Source of the DNA: Bacillota bacterium
Lineage (GTDB): Bacteria; Bacillota; Sulfobacillia; JBFLWA01
Reading direction: 5' to 3'
Assembly (NCBI GenBank): GCA_040758135.1
Contig: JBFLWA010000004.1
Span: 76,759 to 140,758 of the forward strand
Length of the DNA stretch: 64,000 bases
Shown in pieces: positions 56,145 to 64,000 of the stretch. The position numbers and the translations under genes were made by a program. A model generated the notes under the pieces. That model was not told the DNA's origin, made no database searches, and saw only the letters and a program-made list of their open reading frames with translations. The number at the start of each line of letters is the position of its first letter. Position 1 is the first letter of the stretch.

Positions 56145-56956
56145 ATGAAATCCTCAGGCCAGCTGCGGCACCTATTCGAGCATCGGTTTGGCGCGGGCGG
56201 GGTTATCTTCCGGGGCGGGGCCCGGGACGGAACCTGGTTTGCCGGGGAGCTGCTGGATCCCGCCGGCCGGCGCCTGGATTTCCACGGGGAGGAGCTGTGG
56301 CCGGAGGAGAAGATTCGCCCCAACGAAGAACAGTGGGTCCCCCAGAGCTGGGACCACGAGTGGGCCTGCGCCACCGGCCGCTATAGGTATCGCCTGGATC
56401 TCTGCCGGGCAGCACTGGCTTTGGGCGAGCCCATCGTGGAGCTGGCGGCCGGACCCGGCGGCGGCCAGTTGGCCCCCTTTCTCCGGCTGTATCCCAGGGC
56501 GCCAGTAGTCGCCAACGATATCGACTGGCGCATCCTCCGGGGGTGGCGGCGCTTTCTCGCCAAGCAGCTGCCGGACCATGGCGCCGAGTTCGCCGCCTTC
56601 GACATTCGCCGGATGCCCTTTGGCGATAGGACCGCGGCCTGTTTTTCATCTTGCGGAGGAATCACCAACGTGCCCGGCAGCGGCCAGGTGCTGGCCGAGT
56701 GTGTGCGCTGCCTAATCCCGGGCGGCTTGTTACTGGCTCAGGAGACCGGGCTGACCGCCGATTCCCGGGAGTGCCTCCCGGAGGGGCTGCGCCGGCAAGT
56801 GGACTACCACTCGCCCTACATCTCCCGCGGCTGGCGGGCCCTCTTGGAGGAGGCCAGCTTCAGGGTGGAGCAGTTCAGCCTGGCGGGAGAGCGAGAGATG
56901 GATCCCGAGCAAGACGGGCTGGCCCACGACGCAGCCCGGTTCGGAGTGAGGCTGAG
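56145..56956 (+). CDS. class I SAM-dependent methyltransferase, native 3' end apparently lost
   Basis: SAM motif [11 protein letters not shown] and ANDID. The track ORF runs on to 57167, but beyond ~56956 it is simply antisense to the dnaK fragment. Confidence 0.65.
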
Positions 56957-58132
56957 AATGGTGGTCGTGTTGCGCTCAATCAGCTTGGTGAAGATGCCGC
57001 CGAGCGTCTCGATGCCGAGCGAGAGCGGGGTGACGTCGAGCAGGAGAACATCCTTGACCTCGCCGGCCAGCACGCCGCCCTGGATCGCGGCGCCCATGGC
57101 GACGACTTCGTCCGGGTTGATGCCTTTGAAGCCTTCCTTGCCGAGCAGCCGCTTGACCAGCTCCTGAACCGCCGGGATGCGGGTCGAGCCGCCGACGAGC
57201 AGCACCTTGCTGATCTGGTCGGGCGACAGCTTAGCGTCGCTGAGCGCCTGGCGGACGGGGCCAGCGCAGGCCTCGACCAGGTCGCGGGTGAGTTCGTCGA
57301 ACTTGGCGCGGGTCAAGGTCACGTCGAGGTGCTTCGGACCGCTGGCATCGGCGGTGATGAACGGCAGGTTGATGTTCGCCGTCAGCAGGCTGGAGAGTTC
57401 GATCTTCGCCTTCTCCGCGGCTTCCATCAGGCGCTGCTTGGCCGTTGGGTCCTTGCGCAGGTCGATGCCATTCTCCCGCTGGAACTGGTCGGCCACGTAG
57501 TTCATGATCCGCTCGTCGAAGTCGTCGCCGCCGAGGCGGGTGTTGCCGCTGGTCGCCTTGACCTCGAAGACGTGGTCGCCGAGCTCGAGGATGGAGACGT
57601 CGAACGTGCCGCCGCCGAGGTCGAAGACGAGGACGGTCTGGTCCTGCTCCTTGTCGAGGCCGTAGGCCAGCGCCGCCGCGGTCGGCTCGTTGATGATGCG
57701 CAGGACTTCAAGGCCGGCAATCTGGCCGGCGTCCTTGGTCGCCTGGCGCTGCGAGTCGCTGAAGTAGGCCGGCACGGTGATGACGGCCTGGGTGATCTTC
57801 TCGTTGAGGAACGCCTCAGCGTCGGCCTTCAGCTTGGCGAGGACCATCGCCGAGATCTCCGGCGGGGTGTATTCCTTGTCGCCCTCGATGCGGACCTTGT
57901 AACCGGCCTCGCCCATGTGGCGCTTGATCGACCGGACGGTGCGCTCGGGGTTCGAGACGGCCTGGCGCTTGGCGCGCTCGCCGACGATGCGTTCATTGGT
58001 CTTGGTGAAGCCGACAACCGACGGGGTGAGCCGGCTGCCCTCAGCGTTCGGGATGACGGTCGGCTGGCCGCCTTCCATGAAGGCGACGACCGAGTTCGTG
58101 GTCCCGAGGTCGATACCGATGACTTTCGCCAT
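56957..58132 (-). pseudogene. dnaK: dnaK, 3'-truncated (about 390 of ~610-640 aa)
   Basis: Perfect Hsp70 N-terminus ([27 protein letters not shown]) through ...[10 protein letters not shown]. Homology stops there, and the ORF continues as unrelated sequence to 56816. Confidence 0.85.
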
Positions 58133-58207
58133 GCGTGTAACCCTCCTGTGTCTATGACTACTCTTCGTGTTCGCAGCCCTGAGGCCTCTGGGCGGGGCGC
58201 GCGCGGC

Positions 58208-58879
58208 CTAAGGCTTGCGGGAAACCTTGCACATCGCGGCGCGGATGACCTTGCCGTACATCAGATAACCGCGGCGGAAGACCTCGACAACGGTGTTATC
58301 AGGATACTCGTCGCTGTCGACCCGCATCACCGCTTCGTGGAACTCGGGGTCGAACGGCTTGCCGTCCGCATCAATCGGCTCGACGCCCTCTTTGCTCAGC
58401 GCCTCACCGAACTGCTTGACGATCAGATTGATGCCATCGCGGACGGGTCCGACCTCAGTCGCCGTCTCAGCCGACTTCTTCGCCAGGTCGAGGTTGTCGA
58501 CCACCGGCAGCAGCCGCAGGATCAGCTTCTCAGCGGCGAAGCGCGCCAGGTCGTCGCGATCGCGCTCGACGCGGCGCCGAAAGTTGTCGAGATCGGCCTG
58601 GGCGCGCCGCCAGCCGTCGAGGTTGTCGGCCGCCTTCGCCTCGGCCTCGCTCAGCCGTGCCTCGGCTTCTTTCAGCTTCGTCTCGAGTTCAGTCGCGCGG
58701 GCTTCCGCCTGCTCCAGCCTGGCCGCCAGCTCGGCCGTTGGTTCTGTCAGATCCGACGCCGGGTTGGCGTGGCCGTCCCCGGTCAGCTCGCCGAGGTCGG
58801 AGGCCGGATTCGCGGCCGGCTCGCCATGCACCTCAGCCTGGACCGCCGGGCGGTCTTTTTTCCTGTGCGTGTGCTCCAT
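58208..58879 (-). CDS. grpE: nucleotide exchange factor GrpE
   Basis: Coiled-coil N-terminus, then RRAQADLDNFRRRVERD...LLPVVDNLDLA...FDPEFHEAV. Confidence 0.9.
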   Translation of the reverse strand: MEHTHRKKDRPAVQAEVHGEPAANPASDLGELTGDGHANPASDLTEPTAELAARLEQAEARATELETKLKEAEARLSEAEAKAADNLDGWRRAQADLDNFRRRVERDRDDLARFAAEKLILRLLPVVDNLDLAKKSAETATEVGPVRDGINLIVKQFGEALSKEGVEPIDADGKPFDPEFHEAVMRVDSDEYPDNTVVEVFRRGYLMYGKVIRAAMCKVSRKP

Positions 58880-59029
58880 CTGCTCTCTGCCTCCAGACGT
58901 ACTACGCGCCGCGACCCGGGCAAGTGTCAGCGCCCGGGCCGCCGTTATGTCGCGTGATGGGCGTGATTATGCAAACGGGGACGGGCTGGCATGACCTCTT
59001 GAATGGGGTTCAAGAGGTCGACCAACAGC

Positions 59030-60645
59030 TTAAAAGTCCAGCTTGTCGAAGTCCGTGCCGCCCTGGGCGCCGCCGCCCGCCGCGCCCGCGCCGGCCGCCG
59101 TCCCGTTCTTACTCTCTTTCATCTTAATGATGGTGTCGATGCGGAGGATCGCCTCGGCAATCTCGCCCGCCGCCTTCAGCGCGTGGATCTTGACCAGCGC
59201 CGGGTCGACGACGCCGAGCTCGTACATATCAGCCAGCTCTCCGGTGTCGCAGTCGACGGCCAGCGAGTCGAGGCCCTTCGCCGCCTGGGCCGACAGCACG
59301 TCGCCGACCTTCTCGAGCGGGTTGAAGCCGGCATTGGCGACGATCTGCGAGAACGGCTTCTTCAGCGCCTCGACAACGCAGTCGATGCCGTAGACCGACA
59401 TGCCCTTGACCGAGTCGCGGGAGCGCGCCACTTCGCGGGAGACGGCCAGCTCGATCGAGCCGCCGCCTGGCACGACGCCGCCCTTAATGGCGGCCTGGAC
59501 CGACGCCGCCGCGTCCTTGGCGATCCGCTCGCGCTCGCCGACCACTTCCTGCGTGGCCGCGCCGACGAGGATGGTCGCCATCGGCTTGCCGGCGCCGCCG
59601 AGGATGCGGATGTGCTCGAGCTTCTCGTCCTCATAGGCCCGCTCCGCCTGGCCGAGGTACTTCGCCAGGTCGGCCGCCTCTTTCCTGAGGGCCGTGCGCT
59701 TGATCATCTTCGCGCCGGTGTGCTCGGCCGCCCGCCGCAGGTCCTTGCTGGCGACGCGGCTGCAGACCACGACGCCGGCGTCGGTGAAGAACTCCTCGGC
59801 GACGTCCTCGATCCCGCGGTCGATGAGGATCATGTTCACGCCGAGCTGCTTTATCTTTTCCAGATTGCGCCTGAACTCTTCCTGAAGCTCCATGTAGCGG
59901 GCGAAGCCGGCTTCGGTGCCGAGCGCCTCGTCCTCAAGCTCCTCCGGCTCGAGCGCGTCGTCGACGATGAGCAGCTTGACGCCGTTGATTTCCCTCGGCA
60001 TCTGCTTGTTCAGCCGCTCCTTGTCGACGATGACGCCGTTGAAGACCTCATTGTCGGCGCCTTCCTCGGCGATGACGGTGTCCATCAGCTTGAAGCCCGC
60101 CTCGCCGAGCTTCTCGCGGCCGATCATCCGGGCCGCCCGGCGTGGCCGGCCGCGGCGATGTCCTCATGCTCGCGGCCGGCCACGCCGGCCACCTTGAGCA
60201 GCGTCTCGCTGTCATCGTCGCCGACGGGCCTGGCCTTCGCCCTGACCGCGTCGAGGGCGGTCCGCACTCCGGCCCGGATGCCGTCGATGACGCGCGTCAC
60301 CGGCACGCCGCGGATGACCTGGTTCGCGCCCTCGGCGAGCAGCGCGCCGGCCATGATGGTGGCGGTGGTGGTGCCGTCGCCGACCTCTTCCTCCTGCGCC
60401 TTGGCTACGTTGATGACCATCCGCGCGGCGGGGTGGTTGACGTCCATGCGGGTCAGGATGGTGATGCCGTCGTTGGTGATGACGACGTCGCCGAAGCGGT
60501 CGACCAGCATCGTGTCGAGTCCCTTGCTGCCGATCGTGCCCTCGACCGCGCTGGCAATGGCACGGACGGCGTTGACGTTGGTCATCAGCGCCGCCAGGCG
60601 CTCATCGACCTCACTCTGCTGTGCCACTTGCTTGACGTTTGACAA
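59030..60645 (-). pseudogene. thermosome-like (group II/III) chaperonin with one frameshift
   Basis: The first part (60124-60645) has TIGSKGLDTMLVDRFGDVVITNDGITIL and EEEVGDGTTTATIMAGALL. The second part (59030-60127) has VVPGGGSIELAVS and GVVDPALVKIHALKAAGEIAEAILRIDTII plus a Gly/Ala-rich tail. The frames join near 60125-60150 (...AARMIGREK). Confidence 0.8.
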
Positions 60646-60675
60646 AGGTGGGCCTCCCGTTCGGGCGCCCGTGGG

Positions 60676-61707
60676 CTAGTCGCCTAGGAACTTGTCGAGC
60701 GCGTCGTTGAGCTGGGCCGAGACGAACTTGACGATGGACGCCACGCGGTCGTACTGCATCCGCTTCGGGCCGAGGACGCCGATGGTGCCGAGCGGCCGCC
60801 CGTCGACGAAGTAGGTCGCCTTGACGAGGCTGCACTCCGCCAGCTCCGGCAGGCCGTGCTCGATGCCGATGGTGATCTGGAAGCTATTCTCACCGTGCGT
60901 CAGCAGCCGCTCGACGACCGTCTCCTTCTGCAGCGCCGACAGCACCGCGCGGACCTTGTCAAAGTCGCGGAACTCGGGCTGGTCGAGGATGTTGAGCTGG
61001 CCGCCGACGACCACGCGGTCGTCCTCGTCGCCGCCTTTCGGCGTCTGGACGAGCTCCATCGTCTCGGCGAGGATGTGTTTGTACTGCGACAGCTCAGTCT
61101 CAAGGGCGCGGATCGTGCCCCGGCCGAGCTGATCGACAGTCTGGCCGCGCAGGTAATGGTTGATGACAACGGATATCTTCTCCAGGGCGTCCATGTCGAT
61201 GTCCGGCGGCACATTAATAACGCGGTTCTCGACCATGCCGTTGTCCGTGACGAGCATGATGAGGGCCTGGCCGTCGCGCAGCGCGACGATCGAGAGATGC
61301 TGGAAAACGGCTTTATCACGCCGCGGCCCGAGGACCAACGCCGTGTAGCGGGTGGCGTCAGAGAGCAGGCGCGCCGTGTTGTTGATGAGGCTGTGGAGCT
61401 TGCCGAGGCGGGCCTCGAAGGCGCCGTGGATGATATCCTGTTCGCTCTGGCTGAGCTGCCGGTCGGCCATCAGCCAGTCGACGTAAAAGCGGTAGCCGCT
61501 GTCCGAGGGGACCCGGCCGGCCGAGGTGTGGGGCTGCTCGATCAGCCCGAGGTCCTCAAGATCGGCCATTTCGTTGCGGATCGTGGCGGGGCTGACGCCG
61601 AGGCGGTACTTGCGGGCGATGGTGCGAGAGCCGACGGGCTCGGCGGTGGCGATATAGTCTTCGACGATGGCCTGGAGAACAAGGCGCTTGCGTTCATCAA
61701 GCCGCAT
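60676..61707 (-). CDS. hrcA: heat-inducible transcription repressor HrcA
   Basis: 343-aa ORF starting MRLDERKRLVLQAIVEDYIATAEPVGSRTIARKY...ATIRNEMADLEDLGLIEQPHTSAGRVPS. Confidence 0.95.
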   Translation of the reverse strand: MRLDERKRLVLQAIVEDYIATAEPVGSRTIARKYRLGVSPATIRNEMADLEDLGLIEQPHTSAGRVPSDSGYRFYVDWLMADRQLSQSEQDIIHGAFEARLGKLHSLINNTARLLSDATRYTALVLGPRRDKAVFQHLSIVALRDGQALIMLVTDNGMVENRVINVPPDIDMDALEKISVVINHYLRGQTVDQLGRGTIRALETELSQYKHILAETMELVQTPKGGDEDDRVVVGGQLNILDQPEFRDFDKVRAVLSALQKETVVERLLTHGENSFQITIGIEHGLPELAECSLVKATYFVDGRPLGTIGVLGPKRMQYDRVASIVKFVSAQLNDALDKFLGD

Positions 61708-61731
61708 CCGCCCGACCCCCTTTGCGCTGTG

Positions 61732-61758
61732 TTAGCACTCGCGCGAGGTGAGTGCTAA
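61732..61758. promoter_or_regulatory. CIRCE operator (HrcA binding site)
   Basis: TTAGCACTC-gcgcgaggt-GAGTGCTAA is a perfect match to the CIRCE consensus TTAGCACTC-N9-GAGTGCTAA. It lies 25 nt upstream of the hrcA start. Confidence 0.95.
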
Positions 61759-61770
61759 TGTGCTAAGAAG

Positions 61771-61799
61771 AAAATACCACCCGGGGGCGGTGGTGTCAA
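61771..61799 (-). promoter_or_regulatory. hrcA operon promoter
   Basis: TTGACA (61799-61794), a 17-nt spacer, then TATTTT (61776-61771), directly upstream of CIRCE. Confidence 0.65.
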
Positions 61800-61839
61800 G
61801 CGGGAGTGGCAGGGCGTCCGTTTGCTCATACCCCTGGGC

Positions 61840-62106
61840 TTATCGTTTGCCGCGATATCGATATGACGGTGGGGGCGACTTGAACTTGAGCTCCAGTCTC
61901 TTCTTGTTCTTGGCCCAATCTAGGGCTCTTTCAGCCAGGTCTTGGCTAAACCTCTTGGTCCGGGCCTCAATGAGCTCAGCAACGGGGAGCAGAACTGACA
62001 CTGCCAATCCCTTGTCAGCACCGTGCAACCTGAGGACTTCCTTATGACTATCATGCCGTGGCGTCCAAGCAACACTGCCGCCATAGGTTCCATGGTTGGC
62101 TGTCAC
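61840..62106 (-). CDS. hypothetical protein or gene fragment abutting the IS element
   Basis: 88-aa ORF from a GTG. The same frame stays open upstream to 62186, right after a TGA at the IS boundary (HIPWNLDVDLFDQVTWARGYELYSNVV...). I recognised no family. Confidence 0.3.
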   Translation of the reverse strand: MTANHGTYGGSVAWTPRHDSHKEVLRLHGADKGLAVSVLLPVAELIEARTKRFSQDLAERALDWAKNKKRLELKFKSPPPSYRYRGKR

Positions 62107-62257
62107 TACATTGGAGTAGAGTTCGTAGCCTCTTGCCCAGGTGACCTGATCGAACAGATCTACATCAAGGTTCCACGGAATGTGTCAAGATAAATGAGAC
62201 AGGTTTTCACTGAGTTTAGTGTAGATCAGCGCGGTAGTTGCTGCGCTGCCCCGTAGT

Positions 62258-63196
62258 TCAGTCGTCAGCGGCATTCGGCGCCGCGATGCGCGGCGGGTTG
62301 ATCCAAGCCGCGGTCGGTACTGCGGGCGGCGCAGGCCGCTTGTCGACGAAGCGCTCCGGGTGTCGCTCGTACGCGCCAGTCAGGGTCTCCTGTCGGGCGG
62401 CGAGAACCCGTTCCACGCGGCCGTAGTGCACGTCCTCGGGTGTCAGCAACCCGATGCCGCTATGATGGTGCTCCGAGTTGTACCAGCCGAAGAAGTACTG
62501 GCAGAAGGCCCTGGCGTCTTCGAGGCTTCCGAACCGTTCCGGGAACTCGGAACAGTACTTCAGCGTCTTGAACTGCGCTTCGGAGTAAGGGTTGTCGTTG
62601 CTGGTGTGCGGCCGGCTGTGCGTCTTGGCCACGCCCAGGTCAGCCAGGAGGAAGGCCACCGGCTTCGAGGTCATCGAGGAGCCACGGTCGGCGTGAATGG
62701 TCAACTGCCCGGGCTGGACGCCCTGCTTGAGTATGGTCTGCTCGATCAGCCTCCTGGCCAGTTCAGCGCTCTCGCGTTCGGCCACCATCCAGCCCACGAC
62801 GTAGCGGCTGAAGATGTCCATGATTGTATACAGGTGGTAATAGCGCCATTTGACAGGACCCATGAGCTTCGTGATGTCCCAAGACCAGACCTGGCCCGGC
62901 CGTTCGGCGAGGAGCTCGGGCCGCTGGTAGACGGGATGAACCAGTTGGTCGCGCCGTTCGCGGGTCTCCGCGTTCTCCCCGAGCAGCCGGTACATGGTGC
63001 TGATGGAGGCCAGGTACTCGCCCTCGTCCAGCAGCGTTGCGTAGATCTCGGGCACCGAGCGGTCGGCGAAGCGGGGCGAGCGCAGTTGCTCGAGCACCTG
63101 CTGTTGCTCCGCCTCGGTCAAGGCACGGGCCGGCTTCAGCCGGGGGCTGGGCACTCGCTTGGGCGATCGTCGGCGGTACAGCGTGGCGCGGTTCAC
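62258..63196 (-). CDS. IS3-family transposase OrfB (DDE integrase core)
   Basis: WSWDITKL, HADRGSSMTS and YNSEHHHSGIG(L)LTPEDVH are typical rve-domain motifs. The frame stays open upstream of the track start (..IDQLISAAEELAPAVGVAAACRGIGVNRATLYRRR), as expected for an OrfAB fusion. Confidence 0.9.
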   Translation of the reverse strand: MNRATLYRRRSPKRVPSPRLKPARALTEAEQQQVLEQLRSPRFADRSVPEIYATLLDEGEYLASISTMYRLLGENAETRERRDQLVHPVYQRPELLAERPGQVWSWDITKLMGPVKWRYYHLYTIMDIFSRYVVGWMVAERESAELARRLIEQTILKQGVQPGQLTIHADRGSSMTSKPVAFLLADLGVAKTHSRPHTSNDNPYSEAQFKTLKYCSEFPERFGSLEDARAFCQYFFGWYNSEHHHSGIGLLTPEDVHYGRVERVLAARQETLTGAYERHPERFVDKRPAPPAVPTAAWINPPRIAAPNAADD

Positions 63197-63293
63197 CCCG
63201 ATACCGCGGCAGGCCGCCGCGACCCCGACTGCGGGCGCCAGCTCTTCCGCGGCTGAGATCAGCTGGTCGATCCTTTCTTTGTGGAATCTATCC

Positions 63294-63659
63294 TCAGGAT
63301 CTCGGATATTTATCTTGCACTTCGATGATGGCTTCCGCTTGGGTCAGCTTGTGCTGAAGCCGCTCATTCTCGCGTTCCAGTTCAGCGACCCGGAGGGCAA
63401 GGGGGTTGGGCGGCTGGGGCTTCGGCCCGCGCTTCTTGGCCGAAAGCGCCTCCATCTCGGCTCTCTCGATCTGGTGCCGCCATTTGGCCAAGTGGGAGGA
63501 GTACAACCCTTCCCGCCGCAGCAGCGCGCCGATCTCTCCAGGCTTGCACCCGGCGGCCTCCTGCACGATCCGGCGCTTGTACTCGGCGCTGAACTTGCGC
63601 CGGACGGGCTTCGTGCTCACCTCGGGATCCGGGACGCGTTCCGCATCCTTTGCCTCCAT
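63294..63659 (-). CDS. IS3-family transposase OrfA (HTH)
   Basis: From ATG 63659: RRKFSAEYKRRIVQEAAGCKPGEIGALLRREGLYSSHLAKWRHQ plus a leucine-zipper-like C-terminus. Confidence 0.9.
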   Translation of the reverse strand: MEAKDAERVPDPEVSTKPVRRKFSAEYKRRIVQEAAGCKPGEIGALLRREGLYSSHLAKWRHQIERAEMEALSAKKRGPKPQPPNPLALRVAELERENERLQHKLTQAEAIIEVQDKYPRS

Positions 63660-63718
63660 GCTCTGGGGCAGCACTTTGAGAAGCTGGTTCGTCTATGCTC
63701 AACCTTTCCCCGCCCTCA

Positions 63719-63939
63719 TCCTGTATACTAATTTCCGGGGTGGTCAGCTGTCTCCTCCATCTTGCCACAGAGGGGGATGCCAGCCGGAGCACACGCGCCT
63801 GGACGGCGTCAGACGGGTTATGACTGATGAGTCCACAGTCGGCGCCGGCTACGCCATGGAGAATGTCCTCCTGCAGATCCTTGAGGCGCGCTTTGCTGGC
63901 ATGGTAGTCGTACAGCTCGGATTCGCAGTAACGGAACAC
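63719..63939 (-). pseudogene. 5' fragment (about 73 codons) of a small regulator-like gene interrupted by the IS
   Basis: MFRYCESELYDYHASKARLKDLQEDILHG... loosely resembles phage ArpU/RinA-type late regulators. The reading frame runs straight into the IS end. Confidence 0.3.
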
Positions 63940-64000
63940 GGATCGGCGGATACTGTATCCCTATTCAGCGAGCCGCTCAGCTCGCGCAGCTTCTCCCATG

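Larger units (their letters stand above)
62195..63718 (-). mobile_element. IS3-family insertion sequence (about 1.5 kb)
   Basis: It carries orfA and orfB in the usual -1 arrangement. Tentative imperfect terminal inverted repeats begin TGAG at both ends: plus strand 62195 TGAGACAGGTTTTCACTGAG..., minus strand 63718 TGAGGGCGGGGAAAGGTTGAG.... The boundaries are approximate. Confidence 0.75.

Noticed and set aside
60110-60160. Programmed ribosomal frameshift in the chaperonin gene
   Set aside because: There is no slippery heptamer or downstream structure at the junction, only GC-rich repetitive sequence (gccgcggccggccacgccgggcggccc). A simple indel, whether a mutation or a sequencing error, is the more economical explanation.
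56651-60679. Very long plus-strand ORFs (768 aa at 56651-58957 and 558 aa at 59003-60679) antisense to dnaK, grpE and the chaperonin
   Set aside because: Their sequences are Arg/Ala/Gly/Leu/Asp-rich and low in complexity, with no motifs. The opposite strand encodes unmistakable DnaK, GrpE and chaperonin sequences. These are typical shadow ORFs of high-GC DNA. The same applies to 1034-1987(+), 10106-11575(+), 8182-9375(+), 15421-16572(+), 41157-41951(-), 60856-61758(+), 62360-63256(+) and similar track entries.
1-64000. CRISPR arrays, tRNA/rRNA genes, prophage or recognised defence islands
   Set aside because: No regularly spaced direct repeats, cloverleaf-like or rRNA-like sequences were seen. 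The only mobile DNA is one IS3 element and one ISLre2-type remnant. The SbcCD-like pair looks like the housekeeping YhaO/YhaN type.

Overview
GC-rich bacterial chromosomal segment; GC content was judged by eye, not computed. SleB, a YhaO/YhaN-type SbcCD pair, an hfs-type hydrogenase module, Rex, HrcA/CIRCE and an FMN riboswitch point to a high-GC, spore-forming Firmicute-like organism, but this is inference only. No rRNA, tRNA or CRISPR array was seen. Content from left to right: (1) an ArsR-methyltransferase operon, a LysO-like exporter, and copA behind a CsoR-type operator. (2) An 8-gene, fully translationally coupled glycine-cleavage plus lipoylation operon: gcvT-gcvH-gcvPA-gcvPB, two radical-SAM genes (LipS1/LipS2-like), a lipoate-protein ligase and lpd. 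Its leader carries a strong terminator and a Rex-like box. (3) Transporters, an MBL hydrolase and two tiny tandem hydrophobic peptide genes that are too short for the ORF track. (4) Envelope and spore-type genes (class A beta-lactamase-like, DUF3048-like, GH18, SleB), SbcD/SbcC-like genes, and a MocR-EamA divergon. (5) A decayed sugar-kinase/isomerase locus. (6) nagA, then an orphan oadB plus an unannotated oadG-like gene behind a structured leader. (7) An ISLre2-type remnant and ribDE(BA)H with an FMN riboswitch. (8) An unusual LCP-GNAT-FkbH-like-ACP::DUF43 operon, my top candidate for an undescribed system, convergent with a BY-kinase/Wzz pair. (9) A run of pseudogenes. (10) A Rex-controlled sensory [FeFe]-hydrogenase module (2Fe2S-HydS/PAS-PP2C-2Fe2S-hydrogenase-Rex). 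(11) From about 56957 onward, a compositionally different block carrying hrcA, a thermosome-like (group II/III) chaperonin, grpE and a truncated dnaK with a perfect CIRCE, followed by an IS3-family element. Many long antisense ORFs in the track are GC-driven shadow ORFs and were ignored.
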